Part shown: one piece after another, positions 40,580 to 54,124 of the stretch | Layout of the letters: the number at the start of each line of letters is the position of its first letter | Numbering within the stretch: the first letter of the stretch is position 1 | The notes under the pieces: generated by a model | The model's database searches: none | Told to the model about the DNA's origin: nothing | The model's input: the letters and a program-made list of their open reading frames with translations, nothing else | From: Camelus ferus | Taxonomy: Eukaryota | Reading direction: 5' to 3' | Assembly: GCF_009834535.1 (NCBI RefSeq) | Contig: NC_045696.1 | Coordinates: forward strand, 78,122,001-78,186,000 | Length of the DNA: 64,000 nt | Translations under genes and position numbers: made by a program

Positions 40580-41000
40580 AATAATTGTCTTGTTTTAAAC
40601 TGTAACATATTCATTTAGAAATTGAGAAAATAGAGAAAATAGAAATAAATATAAAATCATCTGATCATCATTCTGATGGTAGCCATTACCAGCATTTTGT
40701 TTTATTTCCATTCAGTCTCTCATATGCATTATCTTTTTCCATACTTGACTCACACTGAATATGAAATTTTAATATCCTTATGGCCTTTATAATATATTCT
40801 AAACATGTACTGATGAATATATGGTTTAATGGCAATATCACATTAAGGTATGTAACTGTTCCATAACTTAATCATTTCCCCAAAATGGTCTGTTAATTTT
40901 TGTTTCCAATTTGTCTCTGTTGTAAGTAATATTCCAACGAAGATCTTTATACATTCATCTCCGTATGAATCCTTGCTAACTTCCTTAGAATTTATAGGCT
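40580..41000 (-). mobile_element. Ancient L1M (L1ME-like) 3' fragment
   Basis: 'agaaaatagagaaaatagaaataaatataaaatcatc', 'ccataacttaatcatttcccc', 'tgtttccaattt', 'ttccttagaattt'. Confidence 0.6.
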
Positions 41001-41929
41001 GGTAATAGTTATGCAGACATAGAGTATCCATTATTTATTATTGAAATGACAAGGAAATGATAAAGACATCTTTCATCTCTTTTCTAAGCAAATACTATAT
41101 ATACATATATAAAATTGTCATATATATGATGTAATTTATTTTATTTTTAAGGATTTCAAGAGAAAATACTCTTGCAAATCACCAATTTAGCTTCATGTGC
41201 TGATGTAGAAATACAGAAGATTAACAAGAAAATAGTATAATTTTGCAACTGTTATCCTCTGATTCTTTTCTTTTTTTAAGAGAAAAAGAGAACTATCTAA
41301 TTTGGGAACTAGGAATTCATTTTAAGTACACTAATTAATAGAAATAACCTATTAGTTCCTTTATAAAAACAAAGCAATACAGTATGAAATCTAAATGGAG
41401 TTAAAAGTCATCAACAAAGTAGGTTTATTGGAACACTTCTATTAAGTGAAATCCAACCAGGTTGTACAAAGATAAACATAAGGGAATAAAATGTGAAGAA
41501 CTCACTCATATCAAGGAAATGCTTAAAATATTCTCAATCACAGTGTTGAAAATGATGTTAAATTGTGTAAGCCACCACTTGGAACTGCAAGCTTTATCAG
41601 TAAGTTAACAAATATGTGTCTCCAGGTATCTATTCCTAAGCAACATGTAACAAATCATGGGAATAGCCCCTTCCAATAAGATGGCTATCATCAAAGTCTG
41701 GTTGAACCTATATAATGATATACTCCGGGATATTTCCAAACTGGCGGTACAGAATGTGACAAGGGATGCATCATGGACAGAATGTGAAAAGCAACAAAGA
41801 AAAAATAAAAAGTAATAAAACCCCATAATTAGAAAAAATACCTACAGAATGAAAATATCACATTGAACCAAAAGCAATAAAACTTTTTACCCATGTTTCT
41901 GGAATCTTACAAAATCATTACACATGATA

Positions 41930-42160
41930 GCATCATCATCAACAGCAATATCATTTATATATGTCAGGAGATTATATGTATAATAACTTAATTGGTCCTT
42001 ACAGCACCCTCTCGGCTATGCAGCCACGGATTTCCAGGGCTGTTCCACACAGAAAACTGAATTTTACAGAAGCTAAATTACCCGGACTTGGTGACTAGTA
42101 AGCAGAATCAGAACTCAAACCTAGCTGTCCTAACACCAGAAATAACTCTCTTATATACTA
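41930..42160 (-). mobile_element. MIR SINE
   Basis: 'aataacttaattggtccttacagcaccct...agaaaactga...ctagtaagcagaatcagaactcaaacctag'. Confidence 0.65.
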
Positions 42161-43727
42161 ATTTCCAAAACAAAGAAAAATGTAGGCATAAATACTTAAA
42201 AAGCAGTAAGTAAATGGGGAGCAAAATCAATGAGAAGCTTATGTTTGAAGCAATAATTTGGAGAAAGCATATCCCCCAAGTTTACTTAAAAACCAATTTT
42301 TGCATTTAAGATTATATCATTCTAAAAATAGCATCCAGTAGCAGATCTAACTTAATAGTTAAGATCAGCCAAAATGGCAACTCAACTCTTCAATGGGATT
42401 TAGTGGGGTTGCTTTTTAATAGTAAGAAATTTAAGTAGTAGAATTAATCTGGATGATTCATACTTTTAAAAAAAAATCCACAGAGGTACAAAAAATCCTA
42501 CTGTGCTTTCCTCTAGTAATCTGTTTTTCAGGAGTAACCCTGAACAACAATAAAATTCCAGTGAATAAATGTCTGAGAGCAAAATACCAAAGACTTTTCA
42601 TGGGTCTGGCATCCATAGCATATATTCTTATTAAAAAAAAAAAAAGTAAAATATCTACAAGCTCATGGTAGAAAGGAGAAAACTAATGGACCTGAATCCA
42701 CTTTCCAGATCTCAATTTTTAAATCTTGTAATAAGTTGAACAGTCAAAAAAAAAAAAAACAAAAAAAAAACCTGATTATCTCAGTCTTTCATAGAAACTA
42801 CATGAATTATTTTTAAATTAATATGAAATTCTTTAGAATTTAAAATTTAGATTATTAAAATAAGTATTACATATTAACAATTTTTTAAGTGTTGTTCAAG
42901 TTAAGACTAAAGATACTGCTTGCTATATCATAAGTGCTGTCTAGGAAGTTACATTGTATCTTATAAATTCTGGAACTTTCTAATGTTATCTTTGCAGAAA
43001 AAACAATCTTACAAGTGAATATATACTCTTGCTGTTATCACAGAAATGTTTATATAATCTAGATTATCTACACACATAAAATTTTATATTATGAATGGTC
43101 TAATTTTAGTTCTAAAAGCACTGACTTTCCTTAAATGCATTCTGTTTTGAGTTTATCTTTAAATGTGTTTGTTTTCATCTTAGCGCTGCCACAGAGCCTT
43201 GAAAGCATAAGGTAAAAATAGTTTACTTGTCCAAGGTGTCTCATTACATAGTACAACTGACTAATTTAGTACCCAAGACATGTTTCTTCCACATATCCCC
43301 AAATTAATGAGGTAGAAATGTGATTTTGAAAAAAAATTAGTTGTTACCAGAATTATCTTCAATTTTAATATTAGCTATTTTTATTATAAATTCATGCTTA
43401 TTTGTTTTGGGACACTGGTACCTAAGTCAGCAATCATGATCATGTCACCATAATTTACTCCATAGTTCAAATAAGAAACACATTTTAAATAGTGACAACT
43501 GCTGTAAAATAAATGAAAAGCATATGATCACTGAAAATAAAGGAATAAGATATAGTCCTGGTGAAGGCTCTACTTGAGGCAAAGTGTCTGAAGCTGGTTT
43601 TAAACTGAAACTTAAAAGAGCAGCGTAGTTGGTGGTGGTGGTGGTGGTGGTGCTAAGGGTGTGATGTTCAACACAAGGGGTTATGGTTCAACACTCAAGA
43701 AAGCATATTCAAAGGCCATGGGGCAGA

Positions 43728-43886
43728 AACTCATAGGCATGCAACTGTGTAGTTGAACATAGCCCCACGCTCAGAAGAGTCCAGGCTTGTTTGATGCTCT
43801 GTTGCATTTTCAAATTCTTAGTATCTGAATGAGTGTCCTGCATCATAATTCCTTACTGGGCCTTGCAAATTATATAGCTGGTCCTT
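43728..43886 (+). mobile_element. MER91A-like hAT-Tip100 element
   Basis: 'cataggcatgcaactgtgtagt...gccccacgctcagaagagtcc...tttgatgctctg...actgggccttgcaaattatatagctggtcct' matches the remembered MER91A consensus. Confidence 0.75.
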
Positions 43887-44116
43887 AACACTGCCCATGC
43901 TTAAGAAACTTAAATGAAAATGGTGATTTTGAAGGATGAGGCCTCAGATAAAATAGGAAAGGTAAGAAAGGGCCAAGCCATGCAGTGCTTTGAAAGCTAT
44001 GTCAGAAATTTGGATTTTATTTTAAATGCATTAAGAAGTCACTGAAGGCAGGTGTTCAGCAGGGGAATGATGTGATAATATTTACATTTAGAATATTCAC
44101 TCTGGCTGCAGCATGG

Positions 44117-44296
44117 CAGAGGCTCAATATCTGTTTTATAAATAGTATTATTAGAACACAACCATTCTTCTATATATTATCTAGGTCCGCTCTCATGCAA
44201 CAATGGCAGAGTTGAGTAGTTGCAACAGACAGTTTAGCTGATACAGCCTAAGTATTTATGACCTGTTCTTTTATAAGAAAGGTTTGCTGCCCCCTG
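44117..44296 (+). mobile_element. MER58A-like hAT-Charlie MITE
   Basis: 'ctgttttataaatagtattattagaacaca...caatggcagagttgagtagttgcaacagac...aaaggtttgctgcccctg'. Confidence 0.85.
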
Positions 44297-45899
44297 AATA
44301 AGAAGGGTACAAGAATACAGGCAGGAAGATCTGATGGGAAACTTTAACACTAACAGACCTTAGGTGTTCCTGATCAAGAAGTGGAAAAAGGTACCAATAT
44401 AAGACAGCAGATTCAAGACATATTTAGGAGACTTAATGAAAAGATTAATTGATTGGATTGAGTTGGAAGTGGAGCAGCTCGGTGGAAGGTGATGTTATTC
44501 ATTATGACAGATAAGATTGGTTAAGTGTTGTGGCATTGGAAATTAAAAAGTTCTATTTCATACATGTAAAGTTTGAGATGCTATGAGAGAGTTAGAGAGG
44601 CCAAAAGGTAGTTATATTTATAACAAAAAAACTTGAGTTTGGAAAAGAACAAGAGAAGGCATATAAAATATCAGAGCCATGAGCAGAGAAATCCAGCTAA
44701 ATTCATGGACATGGGTGAGAGACTCTAAAGAGAAGAGAAGGCCAACAGTAGTGGAAAAACTAAGAATATATGGTGTCCCAGAAGTCAACAAGAATAGTTT
44801 CTTAATAAGGAGTTGCCAAGAGTTTTAAATACAACTGAGAGACTGAACAGGATAAGGACAGAAAGACACACACCAGATTTTCCAATAGGAAGCCTCTTTC
44901 TTAGTGGTATTTACGATTGCTGTACCACTGGCTTAGAGGTAGAAGACATACTCCAGAGGGGGAAGAAGTCATGGGAAGAAATGGAGGCAGAGTGGGAAGG
45001 CAAATCACTGCAAACTCTGGGAAGCAGGAAAAGGGGGTGTGGACCAGACGTACAAGGAAGAGTAGAAGTACTTTCGTTTTGTTGGTGTGTGTTTTTGTGT
45101 TTGTAGAACTGGTTTATGTGAATGCGGAAAGGGAGGCAAGTAGCACTAAGTTGTGTTCAAGGAGTACGATGTTCTAAATCATGACTCTGAAGACAATGGT
45201 AGTTAAAAATACCAGTATGTGACAGGTTGAGTATGTACCTAAAATAGGTAACTTAAAAGAAATCGAACATTAGAAGAGTGAAAAAAGGAAAAGCAAAGTC
45301 CATTGAATGTTGAAGATGGTGATACTAAAAGAGCCAGAAAACAGTAATAGGAGAAAGACTAAGGCTAGTGCTGATGTTCCACATGATGTTGAAATGAAGG
45401 AGAGTGAAGAGAAAGATATCAGTGAACAGCAATGACAAGAGGGAGAAGTTGGCTTAATCTTAGTGAAGTACATAACCAGGCGAGGAAGGCACTAAGCACG
45501 TTCTGAGGTTCCTCTGTGAGTGTCCATCAAAGAGAGAGGGAGGCAGGCGAGGTAAGCCAGCAAGGAGTGTGCATCCCACAGCAGTGGATGTAGGACCTTA
45601 CATGATGGACACTGTAAAATGTAAACAAGGTTATAGGCACACCCTTAGCATCACATCCCAAGTTCATTCATTTCAAGGAACACTTTTTAGAGAAGGGAAT
45701 CTAAACCACCTCTTACACATTTTACATATATTGCTGTGTTATCGTCCAAACACCATTTTATTTTTTCCAAATTGCAGGATTTGGTACATAAATATAAGAA
45801 CACCTTCACAATTTCATAAATGTTTAGTAATAACTACTTTAAAACTTAAACTTTATAATATGAATTAATTTTTTAGTTTGTTCTGCTAAAGATATTTTG

Positions 45900-46285
45900 T
45901 TGATTCATGTATAATTCATTCGTCTGCATAAACATTTATCAAGAATTCATTTTGGCCCATGTACTCTCTCAGACACTGGCGATTCAAAGATTAATCCAAC
46001 CAACCTGCTGTCAAGGAGCTAATGGTCTAGACTGATTTTTATAACATTTCACATTATAAGGATGACAATTGATCATTCTTTGTTGAACAATGGAAGCACA
46101 TGGAAAGATTATCTATTTCAGCTTGGGTGTTGGGAAATGCCTCACAGGGGAAGTAATATGTGAACCGAGTAATAAAAGACTGGAAGTCAAATGTAAGCTC
46201 CATCAGGACAGAGACTGTCATTTCTACCATTTCTAAAAAACTGTTTGGCCCAGAGTGATATGCAATAAATATCTGCTGAATGCAT
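45900..46285. mobile_element. Two LINE-2 3' fragments (minus ~45900-46180, plus ~46180-46285)
   Basis: 'ctgctgtcaaggagctaatggtctag' (antisense) and 'aatgtaagctccatcaggacagagactg...caataaatatctgctgaatg' (sense). Confidence 0.6.
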
Positions 46286-47161
46286 ACATGGCAAGGGTGT
46301 GTGGAAGAAAATAATTCTAATTGGAGTATAGTATATTTCAAGATACAGCACATTCATTTAGCTTTTTCTACAAATCACATACTTCTAACGCTTTGTTTTC
46401 TGTTACACTTGACTGGAGTTCAGGGAGTTAGTTACACAGGAATGGGTACACAGACTTGGGGTATATATTACACAATGCTTACTGGGGTTTGTTCCTGAGG
46501 GGTGTCCTTAAGCTCTGTTAGTTCTTACGGCTATCATAGAAAAATAGATGGGTGTGATTATTTTTACTCCACCAACACATTTTAATATGTTACAATATAC
46601 TCACTTCTACATCATGTTTACAGCCCCAGCCAGTTAATCTCTCTCCATCCAGAGTAACAGATACTATTGAATCCTTTATTTTACACAAGCCGGTTTTAAA
46701 TATATACCTGTTTATCCCTTATGGACTTTATCCCTTAGAAAACTTTTGAAATGCTATAAATTGGAAAATCAATACTTTTCATCTTTAGAAGAAATTGCAT
46801 TGTTATTGCACTGTGGTTTCCCAGCTTCTTGTCTTTTGCTTTTTATTATCATTATTTGAGAGAAGAGGAACATAATGTAGCTGAAACAAGAGCCATTTCT
46901 GATGAAAAACTGTCTACTGTATATGGTTGACTAAAAAGTTTACAGATCTTTATTATATTATATATAATGGTATATATGTAATGACATACATATCTTTAGG
47001 AGGGAATGAGAAATTAGACTATTGGTTCTTTGCATGGCTGTATTAACGCACATGCATTCATTTTGTTAATTAAAAAACAATAAAAGGCTATTTAAAAAAA
47101 TAGTGTTTTGGAACTGGACTTAATATTGGTTCTTAAGTTAATTCAATTTTTAAAATGCCAC

Positions 47162-48071
47162 ATATGGCCAACGGCACATGAAAAGATACTCAACATCACT
47201 AATTATTAGAGAAACACAAATCAAAACCACAATGAGGTATCACCTCACACCAGTCGGAATGGCCATCATTCAAAAGTTCCAAATGATAAATGCTGGAGAG
47301 GGTGTGGAGAAAAGGGAACCTACACTGTTGGTGGGAATGTAAATTAGTGTAGCCATTGTGGAAAACACTACAGAGGTTCATTAAAAAATTAAAAATAGAG
47401 TTATCGTATGATCTAGCAATCTCACTCCTGGGCATATATCTAGAGAAAACTATAATTCAAAATGACACATGCATCCCAATATTCATAGCAGCACTATTTA
47501 TAACAGCTGAGACATGGAAGCAACCTAAATGTCCATTGGCAAATGATGTGGCATATATATATATACATACACACACACACATACATACACACACACACAC
47601 ACACACATACACACACACACACACACACAAACACACACAAACAACAAAATACTACTCAGCCATAAAAAAGAATGAAATAATGCCATTTGCAGCAATGCGG
47701 ATGGATCTGGAGATTATCATACTAAGTGAATTAAGTCAGAGAAAGACAAATACCATATAATATCACTCATATGTGGCAACTAAAATATGATACAAATGAA
47801 CTTGTTTACCAAACAGACTCCCAGACATAGAAAACAAACTTATGGTTACTAAAGGGGAATGGGGGTGAGGGATAAATTAAGAGTTTGGGGTTAACGGATA
47901 AAATAGATAAATAACAAAGTCTTACTGTATAGCACAGTTAACTATATTCAGTATCCTGAAATAAACCATAATGGAAAAGAATATGAAAAAGAATACATAT
48001 AATTGAACCACTCTGCTGTACACCAGAAACACAACATTGTAAATCAACTCTACTCCAATTTAAAAAAAAAG
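47162..48071 (+). mobile_element. LINE-1, 5'-truncated, with TSD
   Basis: ORF2 end (KKLKIELSYDLAISLLGIY...EIMPFAA); A tail; TSD aaaatgccac at 47152-47161 and 48072-48081. Confidence 0.95.
47553..47643. repeat. (TA)n(CA)n compound microsatellite inside L1
   Basis: Direct sequence. Confidence 0.95.
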
Positions 48072-50976
48072 AAAATGCCACCACACATGGATAAGACACT
48101 CAGTCACTTTAACTTCCCATATAAAGCATGTGAACCTGTATAGTGTTTTCCTTATGGATTCCAACAAAATTAGAAATTTCTGGCAAAATGCCAAGATAAG
48201 AACCAGGGTCACATTCAAAGTTCTGCAACACTGAGGGTGGAATCTTGTGCACTGTCCCTGAGAACAAACACAGTCTTCACTCTTTCCTGTGTACGTTCAT
48301 GAATCACTGAATTTCCTTCCCCAGTGTGTGAGCAGCTGCCCGCTGTTATCTACCCACGGCTTGTACAAACCAAAAGGTGCAAGAAAGCGCAGAAAAAGAA
48401 CTGTGTAACTCTACCACATGAGTCCAAATAGATGGATTGAAAAACAAATCAATTTACAGTATAATAGGAAGTAAAAAAATATCCATGCTAAGGACCCATG
48501 GGTCTCTCTATACTAGCCAAGTAGGGACGGGTGCTATGGTAATAGGCAGAAAAGCAAAGTCACGCATCTCCCCAACTCTCGCAGAAAGGGGAGAATATTA
48601 TGGTGTGCACTCTTGGCCTGGATCCCGGTTCCCCTCCATCCTCACATTTGTTTTTAGTTGTTTATACCAATTTCAGTTGATGCTAAACTTTCACATTTTG
48701 CCTATCCATGTAAACTACTTAAAAGTCTCAATGTATCTAACCCCTTCCCATTAAAACAGGAATACCACACAAAAAGAAAACTCTTCTGGGGGAGAAAAAA
48801 AATCAGCTGCTTCATTTGCAAACAACTACTTTATAACTTTTTGGCTGAATGTCTCAGGATAATTTGTCATTCATCACTTGAAAAAAAAAGTGTGGATGTT
48901 TTTCAGAAATTTATATAAACTGCAGGCAGAAAGAGCACATAGTCATTCTGAAGTTTTCCTCTGTGTCATGGATAAACTTTTGAAGGTAGAAAACTAGCCA
49001 TTCTTTTTTTTTTTTTCAGTCATTCCAACCTACTTACTATGTCCTCTAGTTGCATCAGTGTCATTGTGTATATCCCTGAAGCATAACACAAAGATTTGAC
49101 TGCCTCTATGAACTAAGTACAGATTAATTCACAACAGATACTTTTTAGAAACAATATGCATGATGATGATCAAATTACAGAAATTATTTGTAATAAATAT
49201 CCTTTTGCAAGCCTGTAGAAAATAAATAAGTGGTCAGTTCCAGGCTATATAATTTCCTCTAGGCTATATTCATATGTAAACATCATCGCAAGCTCAAAGA
49301 GTAAGATTTTATTCATGCATGTAGTCAGAAAATGTTCTAAAAGATGAAACAGATTTTTTTATTTAAAATATTTAAATATGATATAGTTATCTCAGTTTGC
49401 CTAAAGAGAGAAAATAACAAAGAATCAAACATACAAATTAATATAAACGAAAAATTTTGAGACACGTTTCTCTTATACCTTTAATTTGACAAAGTTTTCT
49501 TTGAAAATCCAATCAAGTCAAGCTATTTGAATATCCTGGAATATTAACTTTCCCCTTGAGTGCTGGTTCCTGGCAAGAATCACTTAAATAATTTGCAAAC
49601 AGCATAAGGATGTAGTGCAACTTTGGGGCTCATATTATATACTCAAGAGGCACAAATAACTTGAATTAACTATGTATAAGAAAGAGATGCAATTGGTCAA
49701 AGCTGAAGAAAATAGAAACCTCTGGTATTTCTTCATAAATGTGGCAAAATGCATCCTCCCCCACTGCCCATTAAACATTGAGACGTGATTTCAATCTGCA
49801 GTTTATATTCTTTTGAGCATCTATATAGATATACCACAATGTAGTGACAATGTAGTGCAGTGTCAATTTTCAATATACTGGAGTGGGAAGAGGGGGCACA
49901 AAACATTGGATAAATAAAATGTGCTCCCTGATAGGAAAAAAACAAATGTCAGGGCATTATAAGACTTCTTTTTTAATTAAAATATCTTTTCACATGTTTG
50001 TGAGAATCTTAAAGATATAGATGACTGATTTTTCATTGCACTTGCAGCTAATTGCATATTTGCAAATAAAATTGAGAATAAATTAACCTAAACACTTTAG
50101 GTTATCCATCCTTATTAAGCTGACACATTTGGTTTGAATTTTTATGCTTTTGTTCACATCCAAATTCATTACTTAAATACACTTTTTCTCAATTTGATCT
50201 CAAAACAAAAAAATTTTTTTAAATTCACAGATAAACCTATCACATTCATTATGATTAACATATACGTCAAAAATAGAATACTGCTAACAGTGAAATATAA
50301 GTGTTCTTTTTAAAATCTGTTTTGAATAAGCATATGATTGTTTTCCAGGGTAGTATAATTATAAAATGATTATTCACTTAAAAATTGCAATGACTTTTTT
50401 AAACTTAGCTTTATTCACATTTTTCTGACAATTTCAAGAACTTTATTTTTCCTGATGAGAAACTCCTTGTGTTCCCTTTTCTTCGTGGAACAATCTTCAC
50501 TGTCAAACCTACTTCTACCTCTATTTTAAACACTAGAGTTCCAGAAAAGTTCTTTGTGATTTGCTTTAAAAAAAAAAAAAAAAAACATTTAGGTACATTT
50601 CAATTGTTCTTATGAATTTCAAACAGTGATCAAAATTTTCTCTTTATATTGATGGATGAATACAATACTGAAAATATAGGGAATATTGTGTTATTCCATA
50701 CATACTGCTACTATTGGAAACATGACTTGCCATATATGTGTGTGTATATATTTTTGGTGAAAAATAATAACATAAATTTTATATTCTTTTCTTTTAGTTA
50801 CCATGAAAGAAGTCAGAATAGTCAGCAACATAAAGAGGACAAGCAATTTGTGAGCTGAGAATTGCGAAAGTAAATAAGATGTAAACATTAAATTTCACAT
50901 ATGCCAAGAATTTGAGTACTAGACAAATATAAATAATGAAATGGTAAAATCATTGTTTATTAACTAACGAAACGTG

Positions 50977-51250
50977 GAGAGAGATGAGGGATAATTTGGA
51001 GTTTGGGATTTGCAGATACTAATTACTATATATAAAATAGATAAACAACAAGGTCCTACTGTATAGCATAGGGAACTACATTCAATACCTTGTAATAGCC
51101 TATAATGAAAAAGAATATTAAAAGGAACACATGTATGGGGGGTGTGTTTATATATATTCATGTATGTGTATATATATATGTATAACTGAATCACTGTGCC
51201 ATATATCTGAAATTAACAATTATAAACTGACTATATTTCAATTTTAAAAA
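50977..51250 (+). mobile_element. L1 3'UTR fragment
   Basis: 'gggataatttggagtttgggatttgcagatactaa...aacaaggtcctactgtatagcatagggaactac'. Confidence 0.88.
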
Positions 51251-51433
51251 GCACGCTTTTCTTTTTTTTAGATAAAAAAAAAATACAGGTTTTTACCTTG
51301 CCAGAGAAAAACTTGAAGCATGACTTGTTTTTAACAGTTTCCAAAGAAAACAAACATTTTAGAATTTTAAAACGTTACCACAAACCAGTCCTAAGGTCAT
51401 TTCAATACTACCTCTGTCCTTAGGATTCAGTCC

Positions 51434-51584
51434 AGCAGTTCTGAAGCTCAGCTTGGAGCACAAGTTAAAAGCTCATGCTTAGTCCCCACACCAACCCAAT
51501 TAAATCAGAACCTCTGATGACGGGCTCAGACGTCAGTATTTTTAAACAGTTCCCCAGGTGATGTTAATGGGTTAAGAATCAGTG
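51434..51584. mobile_element. MER5A-like MITE, followed by a MIR fragment at ~51590-51720 (minus)
   Basis: 'aaatcagaacctctg...cagtatttttaaacagttccccaggtgatgttaatg...ttaagaatcagtg'; then 'tcattttatagatgagaaaac'. Confidence 0.7.
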
Positions 51585-51882
51585 ATATAGCCCCAAATAT
51601 TCATTTTATAGATGAGAAAACAAGCCTAAAGAAACAAACTTCTCTGAAATCAAAGTTACTAGGAGACAATATCAGGGAGCTTATCCAGGACCTTCTGATT
51701 CAAAACACAGTGTTAAACAGGGAACCAGCCTTTCATCCTGCTCACTGCTGACTTATTCTCTCTCTCAATTCTAATTATTTGCTTCCCTAGAGCCAAATAT
51801 ATCATCTCTATTTCTATGTCAATTATTTGTTTTCTGATGTGTTTTGAAAATACAACTCTCCCAAGATTTTGGAGTAAACCTG

Positions 51883-52432
51883 ATACAGTAGTTAGACTTC
51901 TTCAGAAAAACAGAAGCAACAGGGTATGGGGGTGGGGGTGTGTACATGTATATACATGCATATATGCATATATAAAAATAGATGACAAAGAATGGGCTCA
52001 CATAATTACAGAGGCGCAGTCAAGGTGTGCAGTTGGCAAGCTGGAGACCCAGTATGTGTTTCCAGTCTGAATCCAAAGACCTGAGAACCATCAGAGCAGA
52101 TGCTATAAATTCCAGTCCAAAAGCCAGCAGGCTGAGGAATCAGGAAGAATCAATGTTTTAGTCCCAGACTAAAGGTCAGAAAAGACCAATGGCAGAGCTC
52201 AAATAGTCAGGCTTGAGGAATCCCCTCTCCCTCAGCCTTTCTCTTCTACTTAGGCACACAGCTCACTGGATGCAGCCCACCCACAGCGGGGAGGAGTATC
52301 TGCTTGACTCGGTCTACTGATTCAAATGTTAAGCCATTCAGAAATACCCTCACAGACATACCTAGAATGTTTGGCCAAATGTCTGGGCACCCTGTGGCCC
52401 AGTCAAGTTGACCCATAAAATTAACCATTATA
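51883..52432 (-). mobile_element. ERVL solo LTR, MLT2B/C-like
   Basis: 'ggcaagctggagaccca', 'ctactgattcaaatgttaa', 'accctcacagacatacctagaa', 'tctgggcaccctgtggcccagtcaagttgacccataaaattaaccat'. Confidence 0.9.
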
Positions 52433-53454
52433 CCTGGAATCTGGAAATTCTGTCCCCCAGTTCTCAAACAGGTCCAACACCCTTTCTTGTCACACAAAGA
52501 CACTGTGCCATCAAGCTCTGGGCTCCTCACCTGCTGATTTACCAGTTCAGAACAGTACATAACAATACGTGTGCGGAATGGAATATGATAAACCACAGTG
52601 AGTGGTCATTGGAGTTTGTCTTCTTCCTTCTTCTGCTTGAGGTGAAAACTCTCCTTATTTTGAGACTCAGGAATGACTTTTCATGAGATGAGGCCACAAA
52701 ATCGGTAACCCTACTGATATGTGCCTAAAGCACATATAAAAGAAGGTATTTCAGCTAAAAGCTGAATTATAATAGACACACAACAGGTACACAACAAATG
52801 TTTGATGACTGAAGAAATAAACATTTCCACCTGAATTCTGGTTCCACATCTACAGAAAACTCCAAAACTAAGATACATATGTAAAAGATTATTATCATTT
52901 TCTTCCATAAATTAATTTTTTTATAAAGGGGTAGTATAAGCAAATTCTGTAACTTTTTGGCTGTTTTGAGTGGGGTATTAGGCCAAACTGTCAATTTTTA
53001 TTTTTCAGGAAAATTTAATTTTGATTAAATGAGCAGCACATTCACAACTTGAGGAAGAATGTGTTCTGTATGTCAATCAACAGCAGTCCTATGAGTTTTT
53101 CAGGAAACTGTTACTCACCACCTGGAATTTCATTGAATTACATCCACCCCAAAAGTCAGAAACTGAGATATCAGATAACCTTCCAGTTAAACATGGGAAG
53201 ACTGTAGTCAATTTGAGAGTCTTAGTTAAGGCGTGGTTCTCTGTTCATCTGTTCTTCCTTATTTTCAGCTAGCTTATTCTGGATAGATAAATGCTGGGTG
53301 ACAGCAAGCTGATCTTGTGACATACCACACAGATATGGTTGAAATAACAGATTACCAGATCAAGCTTGGAGTCTTCTAGCCTCTCCTAATAAAGAGACTA
53401 ATTCAGAACTGTCTGTTAGTTTTCCAAATTCACACAGAGTCAAAATATTAAAAG

Positions 53455-53670
53455 ATCCCATTTATTACTCAACACCTTGTGTCAACATATTCATAAATAT
53501 CATAGCATTTAATCATAACAAATTAACTACTAAGTAGTATTCTTTCCATTTTACAAATGATAAAACTGAGGCTTAGCGAATTAAGGATATATAGCCTATA
53601 AACACTTGATCCAAGATTTGAACCAAGTTTAGCTCTGAACACCAGCTTCTACAACTACACAATACTGCCT
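53455..53670 (-). mobile_element. MIR SINE
   Basis: 'ccattttacaaatgataaaactgaggcttagcgaattaag...aagatttgaaccaag'. Confidence 0.8.
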
Positions 53671-54124
53671 TCTGTATTTCATGCTGTATTTTACCTAGAT
53701 GTAGGGGATCTTTTATCATTCCGGTGATAGAACTCCCTGATGTCAGAAACTGGTGCAAATTTATCAATTGAAGTATAGCAATTGGAGGTATGCAGTCCCA
53801 AGGATAATATGTCTGTTCATTTTTTATGATTTTGGTGTAAAGACTTTTCATTTTTAGAGACCTTCTGGTTTTTAATGACTTTTCTAACTTACTAAGATGC
53901 TAAGCATTTTTCAACTTTTCCGAATGTTGATAGAAGATAGGTAAGTACCCATCAAAGTGACAGTATTTTCTTAGTCTCCTTTTTAATAAAAAAGCAGTAG
54001 AGAGGGGGAAAGAGGCTAAACGTGACAGTGGCAGTGTCTTTGTTAGGTAAAGAAACTGTATTATTGTATTAAGAAAATGACTTGAACTTGGCTTGATTAA
54101 CTCAGTTATATTGGACATGGGCAG

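Larger units (their letters stand above)
43400..45480 (-). mobile_element. Long LINE-2 fragment carrying nested MITEs
   Basis: 'tttggattttattttaaatgcattaagaagtcactgaagg', 'agcaggggaatgatgtgat', 'cactctggctgcagcatgg', 'tggtgtcccagaagtcaac', 'gataaggacagaaa'. Confidence 0.7.

Noticed and set aside
41605..41826. Minus-strand 73-aa ORF with an acceptor-like tract
   Set aside because: No frame stays open to a convincing donor, and I recognise no homology.
47356..47760. 134-aa ORF with a His-Thr repeat
   Set aside because: It is the L1 ORF2 C-terminus read through a (CA)n microsatellite.
53699..53787. Plus-strand segment with acceptor (cctag|) and donor (GAG|gtatgc)
   Set aside because: Stops occur in all three frames; at most a non-coding or pseudo-exon.
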